Shown piece by piece: positions 7,804 through 17,198 of a stretch of DNA of 64,000 nt; positions within the stretch are counted from its first letter, which is position 1; the number at the start of each line of letters is the position of its first letter. Where the stretch lies: NCBI GenBank assembly GCA_003221005.1, contig QHTZ01000079.1, positions 1 to 64,000 of the forward strand, given 5' to 3'. Below the pieces are notes generated by a model. It was given only the letters and a program-made list of their open reading frames with translations. It was not told the DNA's origin and did no database searches. The translations under genes and the position numbers were made by a program. The stretch comes from Gemmatimonadota bacterium. Lineage in GTDB: Bacteria; Gemmatimonadota; Gemmatimonadetes; Gemmatimonadales; GWC2-71-9.

Positions 7804-8630
7804 CAGGCCACCTGGAGGAACTGAAGCGAGCCGTCGGGCACGATCCCCTGCGCCGCGAGCCGGCGGAAGAAGTCGGTCAGCCCGGCGAGATGCTTGTAGC
7901 TGAGCGCGTAGTCGAGACCGGCGAAGTACGCGCGGCACTCATCGCTGGGAACGCCCGTGGCGCGCGTCGCGCGCTCGGCCAGGACGTCGAGGTGTGCGAG
8001 CCCCCACGCCCGCGCAGCGAGCAGCGCCTCGTGTATCGCCCGCACGGCAGCGGGGTCGGCGGTGCGCCGCGCCGCCCACACGGCGAACACGAACGGCAGC
8101 CCCGTCCAGCGCTTCCATGCGTCTCCCAGGTCCACGCGATGCGGATAGGTCGCTGTCCCCCGCGCCGCGAGCAGCAGCGCGGGATCGCCGATCACCAGGA
8201 CCCCGTCGTGCGGGAGGCCTGCCAGCGCATCCAGATCACTCGCCTCGGCGCGCGCCTGGGCGAAGCGGGGGCGCACGTGCCACACCTCCCGGCACAGCAG
8301 CTCGAGCAGCGCCACCGACGTGCGCGACGACGCGGTGAGCAGCACCGTCGCCTGGTCGAGACGTGCCACCGGCAGCTTGCTGAAGAGGGCGACGCTCTGC
8401 ACGGGACCGTCACACGAGATGGCGAGGTCGGGGAGGAGCACCAGGTCCCGGGCGTGCCGCGCGTATTCGATCGCGCTGATCACGCTGACGTCGAGCTCTC
8501 CGGCGATGAGCAGATCGTTCAGCTCGGCGGGAGTCCCGGTCACGAGCTCGGCCGGGGCGGTCACGGCGCCGCCGTCGATCGCCCCGTAGACCGGGTAGCA
8601 GTTGATGTAGCCGATGCGGCCGAGTCTCAT
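7803..8630 (-). CDS. mqnA: Chorismate dehydratase (futalosine pathway)
   Basis: RLGRIGYINCYP, ISCDGPVQSV, SSRTS, IGDPAL, WTGLPFVFAVW. Confidence 0.92.
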   Translation of the reverse strand: MRLGRIGYINCYPVYGAIDGGAVTAPAELVTGTPAELNDLLIAGELDVSVISAIEYARHARDLVLLPDLAISCDGPVQSVALFSKLPVARLDQATVLLTASSRTSVALLELLCREVWHVRPRFAQARAEASDLDALAGLPHDGVLVIGDPALLLAARGTATYPHRVDLGDAWKRWTGLPFVFAVWAARRTADPAAVRAIHEALLAARAWGLAHLDVLAERATRATGVPSDECRAYFAGLDYALSYKHLAGLTDFFRRLAAQGIVPDGSLQFLQVA

Positions 8631-9892
8631 TCCACGCCGTCGAGCACGGGGAGCGCACTGCGCCGCGTCGGGCTGCGGCGGTGCTCGATGTGGAAGGTGG
8701 GGCCCGCGGGGCCCTGGGGCCGCACGGCGGCCTGGCTCGCGCCTCGGACGTAATCTTCGAAGGTCCGCACCGTCTGGTACAGCGAGTCCCGCTCCGCCGG
8801 CACCTTCCCCGCCCCGCGGATGAGCGCGATGATCTCGTCGTACGACAGCCACATCGGTGTCCCCGCCCCCGCCTCGTGGTAGACGCGCTCGAAGACGACC
8901 GTGCCCTCGAGGTCGTCGCACCCGAACGTCAGCGCGACCTGCGAGATGAACGGCGTGACCATCGGCCAGTGCGTCTTCACGTGAGGGATGTTGTCGAGCA
9001 CCAGCCGTCCGATCGCGATGTTCTTCAGGTCGTCCACGCCTGTCGTGGCGGTCCCGGCGCGGCCCAGCGCGGCGCCCAGCTCGTTGTGGTCGGGGTGGTA
9101 CGCGAGCGGGATGTAGGTGAGGAAGCCGCCGGTCTCGTCCTGCAGCGCGCGCAACGCGAGCAGGTGATCCACGCGGTCGGCGAGCGTCTCCACCTGCCCG
9201 TAGAGCATCGTGCAGTTGGAGGGAATGCCCAGCCGGTGCGCCTCGCGGTGCACGGCCAGCCACTCTTCTCCCGAGAGCTTCTTGTCGGCGATCGTCGCGC
9301 GCGCCGCAGGGCTGAAGACCTCAGCCCCTCCCCCGGGGAGGCTCGTCACGCCGGCCTCGCGCATGGCGACGAGTACGTCGGGCACCGTCATGCGCTCGAT
9401 GCGTGCGAGGTGCGCCACCTCCACCGCCGTCAGCGCCTTGATGTGGACGCCGGGGTGGCGCTCCTTGAGCCCCCGAAACATCTCGAGGTAGTACTCGAGG
9501 CGCAGCTTGGGATGGAGACCCCCGACGATGTGGAACTCGCGCGTCGCGTTGTCGCGTGCCGCGTCCGCCTCGGCGAAGACATCCTCGAGGGTCCGCGTGT
9601 AGGCACCATCCTCCTGTGGCATGCGCGCAAACGAGCAGAACACGCAGGTGTTCCGCAGCACGCACACGTTGGTCGGGTTGATGTGCTGGTTCGCGGCGAA
9701 GTAGACCCGGTCGCCGTTCCGGGCGCGGTTCGCGCGGTCCGCGAGCCGGCCGATCGTGAGCAGGTCACTCGACTCAAAGAGGGCGAGCGCGTCTTCGCGG
9801 CTTAAGCGCTCGCCGCGGGCGACTTTCGTGGCGATAGGAGCGAGTGCAGCGTCGTTCGGTCCTGCTGTCCGACCGTCCGACTGTCGGTCCAT
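8627..9892 (-). CDS. mqnE: Aminofutalosine synthase (radical SAM)
   Basis: NQHINPTNVC, HIVGGLHP, HIKALTAVE, PGGGAEVF, SNCTMLYG; adjacent to mqnA and mqnC. Confidence 0.92.
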   Translation of the reverse strand: MDRQSDGRTAGPNDAALAPIATKVARGERLSREDALALFESSDLLTIGRLADRANRARNGDRVYFAANQHINPTNVCVLRNTCVFCSFARMPQEDGAYTRTLEDVFAEADAARDNATREFHIVGGLHPKLRLEYYLEMFRGLKERHPGVHIKALTAVEVAHLARIERMTVPDVLVAMREAGVTSLPGGGAEVFSPAARATIADKKLSGEEWLAVHREAHRLGIPSNCTMLYGQVETLADRVDHLLALRALQDETGGFLTYIPLAYHPDHNELGAALGRAGTATTGVDDLKNIAIGRLVLDNIPHVKTHWPMVTPFISQVALTFGCDDLEGTVVFERVYHEAGAGTPMWLSYDEIIALIRGAGKVPAERDSLYQTVRTFEDYVRGASQAAVRPQGPAGPTFHIEHRRSPTRRSALPVLDGVE

Positions 9893-11136
9893 CACGCCGC
9901 CCGCCGCACGGCCAGCGTGACGTTGTGCCCACCGAACCCGAACGAGTTGGAGAGGGCGACGTCCACCTTGCGACGCACGGCGTGGTTCGGCGCCGAGTCG
10001 AGATCGCACGCCGGGTCGGGCGTGAACTGGTTAATGGTTGGCGGGATGGTCCCGCTCTGGAGAGCGAGCGCGCAAAACGCCGCCTCGAGCGCGCCCGCCG
10101 CGCCGAGCAGATGTCCGGTCATCGACTTGGTGGAGCCGAAGATCAGCTTGCGTGCGTGGTCGCCGAACACGGTCTTCACGGCCGCCGTCTCCGCCGAATC
10201 ACCGTAGGGCGTGGAGGTGCCGTGGGCGTTGATGTACCCCACCTCCGTCGGCCGCACGCCGGCATCCTGCATCGCGAGCCGCATCGCGTCCTGCGCGCCC
10301 GCGCCGTCGGGCGCCGGCGCCGTGATGTGATACGCGTCGGCGGTCATGCCGAATCCGGCGAGCTCGGCGTAGATCTTGGCGCCGCGCTTGCGCGCGTGCT
10401 CCTCGTCCTCGAGCACCAGCACGGCAGCGCCGTCGCCCATGACGAACCCGTCCCGGTCCTTGTCGAACGGCCGGCTCGCCGTTGCCGGGTCATCGTTGCG
10501 CTCCGACAGGGCCTTCATGTTGGCGAAGCTCGCGACCGCGAGGGGCGTGATCGCGGCTTCGGCGCCGCCTGCGATCATCACGTCGGCCTGGCCGTTCCGG
10601 ATCAGCTGGAGAGCGTCCGCGAGCGAATGCGCCGAGGACGCGCACGCGGAGGTGGTGCAATAGTTCGGGCCCTTGGCGCCGTAGCGCATCGAGATAAGTG
10701 CGGCGGCGACGTTGGGCATGTACATCGGGATGAAGAACGGCGACACGCGGCTCGGGCCCTTCTCGATCAGCGCCCGGCAGTTCTCCTCAAAGGTCGCGAC
10801 CCCGCCGGTGCCGGTCCCGATCAAGACCCCGACCCGCTTCACGTCCACCTTGTCCCAGTTGTTCGCGAGGCAGGCGTCCCTAATCGCTTCTTCGGCCGCA
10901 CCGATCGCGAATTGGGAGAACAGGTCGTACCGCCGCAGCTCCTTCTTGTCGAGGAAGCGCGCTGGCTCGAAGTCCTTCACCTCGCACGCGAACCGCACCG
11001 ACGACTGCACCGGGTCGAAGCGCGTGATCGGCCCCGCACCCGACCGGCCGGCGACGAGGGCGTCCCAGGTGGTCCGCGTCGTGTTGCCCAGCGGGCTCAC
11101 GAGCCCGAGACCGGTGATGACGACCCGCCGCGGCAC
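9892..11136 (-). CDS. fabF: Beta-ketoacyl-ACP synthase II
   Basis: TSACASS, NAHGTST, STKSMTGHLLGAAG, SNSFGFGG. Confidence 0.97.
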   Translation of the reverse strand: MPRRVVITGLGLVSPLGNTTRTTWDALVAGRSGAGPITRFDPVQSSVRFACEVKDFEPARFLDKKELRRYDLFSQFAIGAAEEAIRDACLANNWDKVDVKRVGVLIGTGTGGVATFEENCRALIEKGPSRVSPFFIPMYMPNVAAALISMRYGAKGPNYCTTSACASSAHSLADALQLIRNGQADVMIAGGAEAAITPLAVASFANMKALSERNDDPATASRPFDKDRDGFVMGDGAAVLVLEDEEHARKRGAKIYAELAGFGMTADAYHITAPAPDGAGAQDAMRLAMQDAGVRPTEVGYINAHGTSTPYGDSAETAAVKTVFGDHARKLIFGSTKSMTGHLLGAAGALEAAFCALALQSGTIPPTINQFTPDPACDLDSAPNHAVRRKVDVALSNSFGFGGHNVTLAVRRAA

Positions 11137-11139
11137 GTG

Positions 11140-11391
11140 CTACTTCCCCATCTTGTCGTGGAGGTACTTCATCGCCTGCCCCACCGTCCGCAGCTTCTCG
11201 GCTTCTTCGTCCGGGATGTCGATGTCGAACTCCTTCTCGAAGGCCATGACCAGCTCCACCGTGTCGAGGCTGTCGGCGCCCAGGTCCTCCATGAAGCTCG
11301 CATCGGACGTGAGTTTGTCCCGCTCCACGCCCAGCTCTTCGACGATGATGTCTTTGACCTTCTCCTCGAGCTGCTTCATGTCCATGGCCAT
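11140..11391 (-). CDS. acpP: Acyl carrier protein
   Basis: [14 protein letters not shown] phosphopantetheine motif; GAGGG SD. Confidence 0.97.
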   Translation of the reverse strand: MAMDMKQLEEKVKDIIVEELGVERDKLTSDASFMEDLGADSLDTVELVMAFEKEFDIDIPDEEAEKLRTVGQAMKYLHDKMGK

Positions 11392-11422
11392 GGGTACCCT
11401 CAATGGAGGTGTGGGGAATCGG

Positions 11423-12160
11423 TCACAGCACCATGCCGCCGTCGACGACCAGCACCTGTCCCGTAATGTAGCTGGCGAAATCGGAGGCGAGAAAGAGCAC
11501 GGCGGACGCCACGTCCCTGCCCCCGCCCAATCGGCCGAGCGGGATGGCGGCCTCATACACCTGGCGCCGTTCCGGGGTGATGTCGCGCGTCAACTCCGTA
11601 TCGATGAACCCCGGGGCGACGGCGTTGACCAGCACGTTGCGGGAGGCCAGCTCCTTCGCCACGGACTTGGTGAGGCCGATCAACCCCGCCTTGGACGCGC
11701 TGTAGTTCGACTGTCCGGCGTTCCCCGCCATCCCGACGACGCTGGTGATGTTGATGATCCGGCCGGCGCGCCGCTTGATCATGCCCCGCGCCGCGTGCTT
11801 CATCATCAGGAACACGCCTTTCAGGTTGGTTTGGAGCACCGCGTCCCAGTCGTCGTCGCTGATGCGGAACAGCAGGTTGTCGCGCCGCGTGCCCGCGTTG
11901 TTCACCAGAATGTCGATCGGCCCGACCTCGCGCTCCACGCTCGCGACGACCGTCTCGACCTGCGCCGCGTCGCCGACGTCACAGGCGTAGCCCCGGGCTG
12001 AATCTCCGAGCGCCCGGGCGGCCGCCTGCGCGCCGGCGCCGTTCTTGGCGAGCACGGCGACTTTGGCTCCGGCGCAGTGCAGCGCGGTCGCGATCGCCTG
12101 GCCGATGCCCCGGCTGCCGCCGGTCACGAGCGCGACCCGCCCCGACAGGTCGAGTTTCAC
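11423..12160 (-). CDS. fabG: 3-oxoacyl-ACP reductase
   Basis: [17 protein letters not shown]; GTG start overlaps the fabD stop. Confidence 0.96.
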   Translation of the reverse strand: MKLDLSGRVALVTGGSRGIGQAIATALHCAGAKVAVLAKNGAGAQAAARALGDSARGYACDVGDAAQVETVVASVEREVGPIDILVNNAGTRRDNLLFRISDDDWDAVLQTNLKGVFLMMKHAARGMIKRRAGRIINITSVVGMAGNAGQSNYSASKAGLIGLTKSVAKELASRNVLVNAVAPGFIDTELTRDITPERRQVYEAAIPLGRLGGGRDVASAVLFLASDFASYITGQVLVVDGGMVL

Positions 12161-13107
12161 GCCGCCTCCAGGAACTGAGCCAGCTCGTCCGCCGTGCCGA
12201 GACTCACGGCCGTGGCGCCCGGAAGAATGCGCTTCACGAGCCCTGCCAGCACGCCTCCGGGACCGATCTCGAGGAAGCGAACGCCCTCCCCGGCGAGCCG
12301 CGCCGCGTGCTGCATGCACTCGATCCAGCGCACCGGGGCGGTGAGCTGGTCCACGAGCAAGCGGCGGGCGCGCGCCGCGGTCGTGACCGCTTCCGCGGTG
12401 GCGTTGGCGAGCACCGGAAAGTGCGGCTCCGCGAACTCGGCGTGGTCGACCACGAGGCGCAGGTGGCTCGCGGCGGGCGCCATCAGCGGCGAGTGGAAGG
12501 CCCCGCTCACCCGGAGCGGCATGACCCGCTTCGCGCCCCGCGCTTTGCACGCTGCCCCCGCGCGCGCCACCGCGTCGGGATCTCCCGAGATCACGGTCTG
12601 ATCGGGCGCGTTGAGATTCGCCGCTACGGCCACGGCGCCTTTCCCCGACACTTCGTGACAGGCGGCCTCGACCTCGGCGGTCGCGAGCCCGAGGATGGCG
12701 GCCATCATGCCGGGCCGCTGCTCCCCCGCCTTGTGCATCAGCTCGCCGCGCCGCCGCACCAGCGTCGCCGCGTGGGGCGCGGCCAGCGCTCCGGCCGTGA
12801 CGTAGGCGGAGTACTCGCCGAGCGAGTGGCCTGCGGCGGCAGCCACGGTGGCGCCCGTCTTCGGCGCCACGACGGCGTGGACCGCCGCGCTGTGCGCGAG
12901 GATCGCCGGCTGCGCGTTGTGTGTGGCGGTCAGCTCGTCCTCCGGGCCCTCGAACATCAGGCGGCTCAGGCCAAACCCGAGCGCGTCGTCGATCGCCGCG
13001 AACGTCGCGCGCGCCTCCGGAAAGCGGTCCGCCAGGTCCTTCCCCATCCCGACTGTCTGCGCGCCCTGCCCGGGGCACAGCCAGACCGTCCGGCCGGCGG
13101 CTACCAC
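12157..13107 (-). CDS. fabD: Malonyl-CoA:ACP transacylase
   Basis: PGQGAQ, GHSLGEY, SGAFHS. Confidence 0.96.
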   Translation of the reverse strand: MVAAGRTVWLCPGQGAQTVGMGKDLADRFPEARATFAAIDDALGFGLSRLMFEGPEDELTATHNAQPAILAHSAAVHAVVAPKTGATVAAAAGHSLGEYSAYVTAGALAAPHAATLVRRRGELMHKAGEQRPGMMAAILGLATAEVEAACHEVSGKGAVAVAANLNAPDQTVISGDPDAVARAGAACKARGAKRVMPLRVSGAFHSPLMAPAASHLRLVVDHAEFAEPHFPVLANATAEAVTTAARARRLLVDQLTAPVRWIECMQHAARLAGEGVRFLEIGPGGVLAGLVKRILPGATAVSLGTADELAQFLEAA

Positions 13108-14087
13108 TGCACGGCCAGGCTCGCCCAAGTGAAGCCCGCCCCGAACGCGACCAGCAGCACCTTCATTCCCGGCTGGAGCCGGCCGGTGCGCACCGCCTCG
13201 TCGAGCGCGATCGCCACCGAGGCGGCTGAGGTGTTGCCGTAGCGTTCCACGTTCACGAACACCTTGTCCATCGGGATCCCCGCGTGCTTCGCAGTGGCCT
13301 CGATGATGCGGATGTTCGCCTGGTGCGGGATCAGGAGGTCGATCTGGCCGGCGGTGAGACCCGCCCGCTCGAGCACCTTGTCGCAGGCGTCAGCCATCGA
13401 CAGCACGGCCGCCTTGAACACCTCGCGCCCGGCCATCTTGATGAAGTAGGAGTGATCCTTGAGCAGCTGCTCGTCGGGCGGGTGGTCCGCGCCGCCCCCG
13501 GGGCGGTACAGCAGCTCCGCGAGCGTCCCGTCCGACCGCATGTAGCTCGCGAGGATGCCGCGGCCGTTGGCGCTGGGGCGCGCGAGGGTAGCGCCGGCGC
13601 CGTCGCCGAACAGCACCGCCGTCGTGCGGTCGGTCCAGTCGGTGATGGTCGTCAGCTTCTCGGACGCCACCACCAGGACGTTGCGCGCCTGCTCTGCGGC
13701 GACGAGTCCTTCCGCGACGTTCAAGGCGTACATGAAGCCCGTGCAGGCGGCGCCCACGTCGAACGCCGCGGCGTTCGTCGCGCCGAGCAGCGCCTGCAGG
13801 TCGCACGCCTGGGAGGGGAGCAAGCGGTCGGGCGAGCACGTCGCCACGACAATCGCATCGAGGTCGAGGGGCGTGAGGCCGGTGTCCGCGAGCACGTGCT
13901 TGGCGGCGGCCTGGGCCATGCAGGCGTTCGTTTCGCTTGGGCCGGCCACGCGGCGCTCGCGGATGCCGGTGCGGTCGCGGATCCATTGGTCGGACGTAGC
14001 GAGGAGCTTCGAGAACTCGTCGTTGGTGACGACGCGCGGCGGCGTGTAGCTGCCGGTACCCACGAGCTCGACAATGGGTCGCCTCAC
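13101..14087 (-). CDS. fabH: Beta-ketoacyl-ACP synthase III
   Basis: AACTGF, LFGDGAG, PHQANIRI, GNTSAAS. Confidence 0.96.
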   Translation of the reverse strand: MRRPIVELVGTGSYTPPRVVTNDEFSKLLATSDQWIRDRTGIRERRVAGPSETNACMAQAAAKHVLADTGLTPLDLDAIVVATCSPDRLLPSQACDLQALLGATNAAAFDVGAACTGFMYALNVAEGLVAAEQARNVLVVASEKLTTITDWTDRTTAVLFGDGAGATLARPSANGRGILASYMRSDGTLAELLYRPGGGADHPPDEQLLKDHSYFIKMAGREVFKAAVLSMADACDKVLERAGLTAGQIDLLIPHQANIRIIEATAKHAGIPMDKVFVNVERYGNTSAASVAIALDEAVRTGRLQPGMKVLLVAFGAGFTWASLAVQW

Positions 14088-15091
14088 GCGACCGCGCCCC
14101 CCCGGGCGAACTCGGCGCCGATGTCCTGGTTCAGGTTGCTCTGCACCATCTGGGCCGCGACGCGGACCGCGCTCATGATGGCCCGCGCGGGCGAGGCGCC
14201 GTGGCAGATGATGGCGACGCCGCGCACGCCGAGCAGCGGCGCGCCCCCGTACTCGGAGTAATCGAGGAACTTGAACAGCCGCTTCACCTCGGGCCGGGTC
14301 ACGACGTCCGGGAGCGCGCTCTGCAGCATCTCCGCGAACATGCGTCCCGCCGACTCGTAGAACTTGAGGATCGCGTTCCCCACGAAGCCGTCGCACACCA
14401 CGACGTCGATCCGCCCCCTCTTGCAGGCACCCGCGAGAATGTCCCGCCCCTCAACGTTGCCGAGGTAATGCACGCTCCGGGCCGCCTTGAGGAGCTGGTG
14501 CGTTTCCTTGACGACGGCGTTACCCTTCTCGTCCTCCTCACCTACGTTGAGGAGCCCCACGCCGGGCTCCGGGCGCCCCAGCACGTCGCGCGCGTACACG
14601 GAGCCGAGATGCGCGAAGTTCACGAGCTCGCGGGCGTCGCAGTCCACGTTGGCGCCGCCGTCGATGACGACCACCGGATGCGCGGCGGTCGGGAACGCCG
14701 CGGCGATGGCGGCGCGCTGCACGCCGTGGTGCAAGCGCAGCAGCAGCGTCGCCGCCGCCATCACGGCGCCGGTGTTGCCCGCGGAAATGAATGCATCGGA
14801 AGCGTGCTTCTTCTGCAGCCCGAGACCCACCGCGATCGAGGAGCCAGGCTTGCTCTTGACGGCCGCGAGCGGCTTCTCGCCCATGCCCACCACCTGGGGC
14901 GCCTCCACGATGTCCAGCCGGCTGCGGTCGAGTTCGCCCTGCTTCTTGAGCGTGGCCTCGATGTCGGCCGTGCGGCCGACGAGCTGGATGCGAAAGGTCG
15001 GAGGCAGCTCGCGCAGCGCCAGCACCGCCCCTTCCACCTCCACCTGCGGAGCGTTGTCTCCGCCCATGGCGTCCAGCGCGATGCGAATCAC
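14084..15091 (-). CDS. plsX: Phosphate acyltransferase PlsX
   Basis: IALDAMGGDNAP, SAGNTGA, VCDGFVGN, YGGAPLLG. Confidence 0.97.
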   Translation of the reverse strand: MIRIALDAMGGDNAPQVEVEGAVLALRELPPTFRIQLVGRTADIEATLKKQGELDRSRLDIVEAPQVVGMGEKPLAAVKSKPGSSIAVGLGLQKKHASDAFISAGNTGAVMAAATLLLRLHHGVQRAAIAAAFPTAAHPVVVIDGGANVDCDARELVNFAHLGSVYARDVLGRPEPGVGLLNVGEEDEKGNAVVKETHQLLKAARSVHYLGNVEGRDILAGACKRGRIDVVVCDGFVGNAILKFYESAGRMFAEMLQSALPDVVTRPEVKRLFKFLDYSEYGGAPLLGVRGVAIICHGASPARAIMSAVRVAAQMVQSNLNQDIGAEFARGGAVA

Positions 15092-15092
15092 G

Positions 15093-15275
15093 TCACGTGT
15101 CCTCGACGGCCACCCGCTGCACGTCGCCGTAGTAGCCGCAGGTGGGACAGACCCGGTGCGGCCGCTTGAGATCGTGACAGCGCGGGCACGGCTGCAACGT
15201 CGGCATCTCCGCCTTGTAGTGCGTGCGACGCGCGCGCTTCTTGCGCTTGGACGTCCTTCGCTTGGGTACCGCCAT
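15093..15275 (-). CDS. rpmF: 50S ribosomal protein L32
   Basis: MAVPKRRTSK...CPRC...PHRVCPTCGYY. Confidence 0.97.
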   Translation of the reverse strand: MAVPKRRTSKRKKRARRTHYKAEMPTLQPCPRCHDLKRPHRVCPTCGYYGDVQRVAVEDT

Positions 15276-15286
15276 GCTCTACCTCG

Positions 15287-15796
15287 TCAGAAGCGCAGTT
15301 TGTCCTTCAGCGCGGCGAGCGGCCGCCACCGGAGGTCGGCGGCCGGCGCGCAGCCGCAGGGGGCCGCGTTCAAGTCGTGGCCGCAGCGCGGGCAGAGCCC
15401 ACGGCAATCTTCGTGGCATAACACGTACCGCGGCACCGCGAGAATCAGCTCCTCCCGGACCGCGGGGGCGACGTCGATCAGGGTCGCGTCCCGCGCCAGC
15501 GGGTAGGACTCCGGGTCTTCCAGCGCCTCGGGATCGGGGGTGAAGAGGGCCCCGATGTCGGCTGCGACGTTGACCGCCACCGGCGCCAGGCAGCGGCGGC
15601 ATTGCTCGGTCACCTGCGCCGAAAGCCGGCCGTGCCAATAGAATCGCCCCTCTCCCGCGGCTTGCAACCGGCCCCGGACCTGCACCGGGCCGGCCAGGAC
15701 GAAGTCCAGTCCCGCAAAGAGGGGGTAGTTCCCGGCCAGCTCCCCCGCTATGTCGACCGGCCCGCGGGCGAGCTCCCGGATATCGACTTGCAACAT
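15287..15796 (-). CDS. yceD: DUF177/YceD family protein
   Basis: CRRCL...LCHEDCRGLCPRCG; canonical position upstream of rpmF. Confidence 0.92.
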   Translation of the reverse strand: MLQVDIRELARGPVDIAGELAGNYPLFAGLDFVLAGPVQVRGRLQAAGEGRFYWHGRLSAQVTEQCRRCLAPVAVNVAADIGALFTPDPEALEDPESYPLARDATLIDVAPAVREELILAVPRYVLCHEDCRGLCPRCGHDLNAAPCGCAPAADLRWRPLAALKDKLRF

Positions 15797-15804
15797 GCGC
15801 TGCG

Positions 15805-15833
15805 AAGCTAAACCCTTGTGGGACTTGCGTCAA
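15805..15833 (-). promoter_or_regulatory. Sigma70-type promoter for yceD-rpmF-plsX-fab (near-leaderless)
   Basis: TTGACG-17 nt-TAGCTT, ending 8 nt before the yceD ATG; no SD. Confidence 0.65.
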
Positions 15834-15841
15834 CCCAACTG

Positions 15842-16270
15842 TTACTGACCCGAGCGGAGCTGCGCCAGCTCGGCGTCGGGGAAGAAGAACCTGACCTCCT
15901 GCAGCGCGTTCTCCGGAGAATCGGAGGCGTGGATCGCGTTCCGCTCCTTGGACTGCGCGTACAGCTTGCGGATCGTGCCCGGCTTCGCCTCGGCAGGATC
16001 GGTCGCGCCGATTACGTCCCGGAGCACCGCGACCGCGTCCTCCCGCTCGAGGGCGAGCGCGAGCGCCGGGCCCGAAGTCATGAAGGTCACGAGCGAGCGG
16101 AAGAACGGGCGCTCCCGGTGCACGGCGTAGAACTCCTCGGCACGGCGGGTGGTGAGCCGCACCAGCCGCGCCGCGCGGACGGTAAAACCCGCCTGCTCGA
16201 GGTGGGCTAGGATCTTCCCGCTCGCGCGGGCCGCGACGGCGTCGGGCTTGATGATCGCAAGAGTGAGCAT
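15842..16270 (-). CDS. ndk: Nucleoside diphosphate kinase
   Basis: TLAIIKPDA, FYAVH.ERPFF, NAIHASDS. Confidence 0.97.
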   Translation of the reverse strand: MLTLAIIKPDAVAARASGKILAHLEQAGFTVRAARLVRLTTRRAEEFYAVHRERPFFRSLVTFMTSGPALALALEREDAVAVLRDVIGATDPAEAKPGTIRKLYAQSKERNAIHASDSPENALQEVRFFFPDAELAQLRSGQ

Positions 16271-16289
16271 CGGGTGTCGGGCTCGGATA

Positions 16290-17198
16290 TCAGGTGGCGA
16301 TGAGACGACGGATCAAGTCCGCCCGCGTAAGAAAGCCGACAACGCGGCCTTCGCGCACCACGGGAAAGCGGTCCACGTCCTTGCTGCTCATGAGACTGGC
16401 GACGTCGCTCAGGGTCTGGTCCTCGGCCACGCACAGCACCGTGCGCGCCATGGCTTCCTTGACCGGGATCTGTCGTGGTTCGGCTGACGCTCGCTGGAGC
16501 TGACTCTTGGTCGGAGCGCGGAACTCGCCGCTCTTGGTGCGCTGCAGGTAGTCAGGGATGAGGTAGCGCAGCAGCTCGTGGTGGGTCACCATGCCGAGGA
16601 GCGATCCCGCGTCGTCCACCACGGGGAGGGCGCGTACGTCGCGCTCGACCATCAGCTGCGCGACCTCGCCGAGGGTCGTCTCGGGTCCGACGCTGAAGAC
16701 GTGGCTCGTCATCACGTCCCGCACCAACAGGTGGCTCGGCAGGTCGATCTGCGCGAACACGGCGAGCCCGACGACCTGGTCCGCCGTGCGCGCCGCGTGC
16801 AGCGCGCCGAGCGTGTCGGGATCCGAGAGGGCCCGGGCGAAGGCGCCGATGACCTGGAGGTACGTCGGCGTCTCGCGCGGCGGCGCGACGATGAGAATCA
16901 CGACGCGCGCGGACCGGTTCGGGTCCTTCTCCGAGTGGAGCGGCTCGGGCGCGACGCCGATCGCCGTCAACAGCTGGCGGACCGCTTCCGTGCGGAAGTG
17001 GGGCAAGAAGGTGTAGTCGCCGACGCTCACCAGCTCCTCGGGCCGGGCGTTCTGGATGACCGCCCGGAGGCGGTGCGGCTCGGTCACGGCGCCGCTGTCG
17101 ATGAGGCGCGCCGCGAGCTGCTCGGTCGCCTCCTTCACGGTGCTGGCGCGGAGCGGGACGATCACGTGGTCCGGCCGCAGCATGTCGCGAAGCTTCAC
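16290..17198 (-). CDS. PTS EIIA(Fru/Ntr-type) domain fused to a CBS-domain pair
   Basis: The N-half has an EIIA-like pattern ([11 protein letters not shown]...FLPHFRT...VVILIVAP...LAR). The C-half has two CBS repeats (VRDVMT...LPVVD...GMVT; [16 protein letters not shown]). GTG start overlaps the sucD stop. Confidence 0.8.
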   Translation of the reverse strand: MKLRDMLRPDHVIVPLRASTVKEATEQLAARLIDSGAVTEPHRLRAVIQNARPEELVSVGDYTFLPHFRTEAVRQLLTAIGVAPEPLHSEKDPNRSARVVILIVAPPRETPTYLQVIGAFARALSDPDTLGALHAARTADQVVGLAVFAQIDLPSHLLVRDVMTSHVFSVGPETTLGEVAQLMVERDVRALPVVDDAGSLLGMVTHHELLRYLIPDYLQRTKSGEFRAPTKSQLQRASAEPRQIPVKEAMARTVLCVAEDQTLSDVASLMSSKDVDRFPVVREGRVVGFLTRADLIRRLIAT

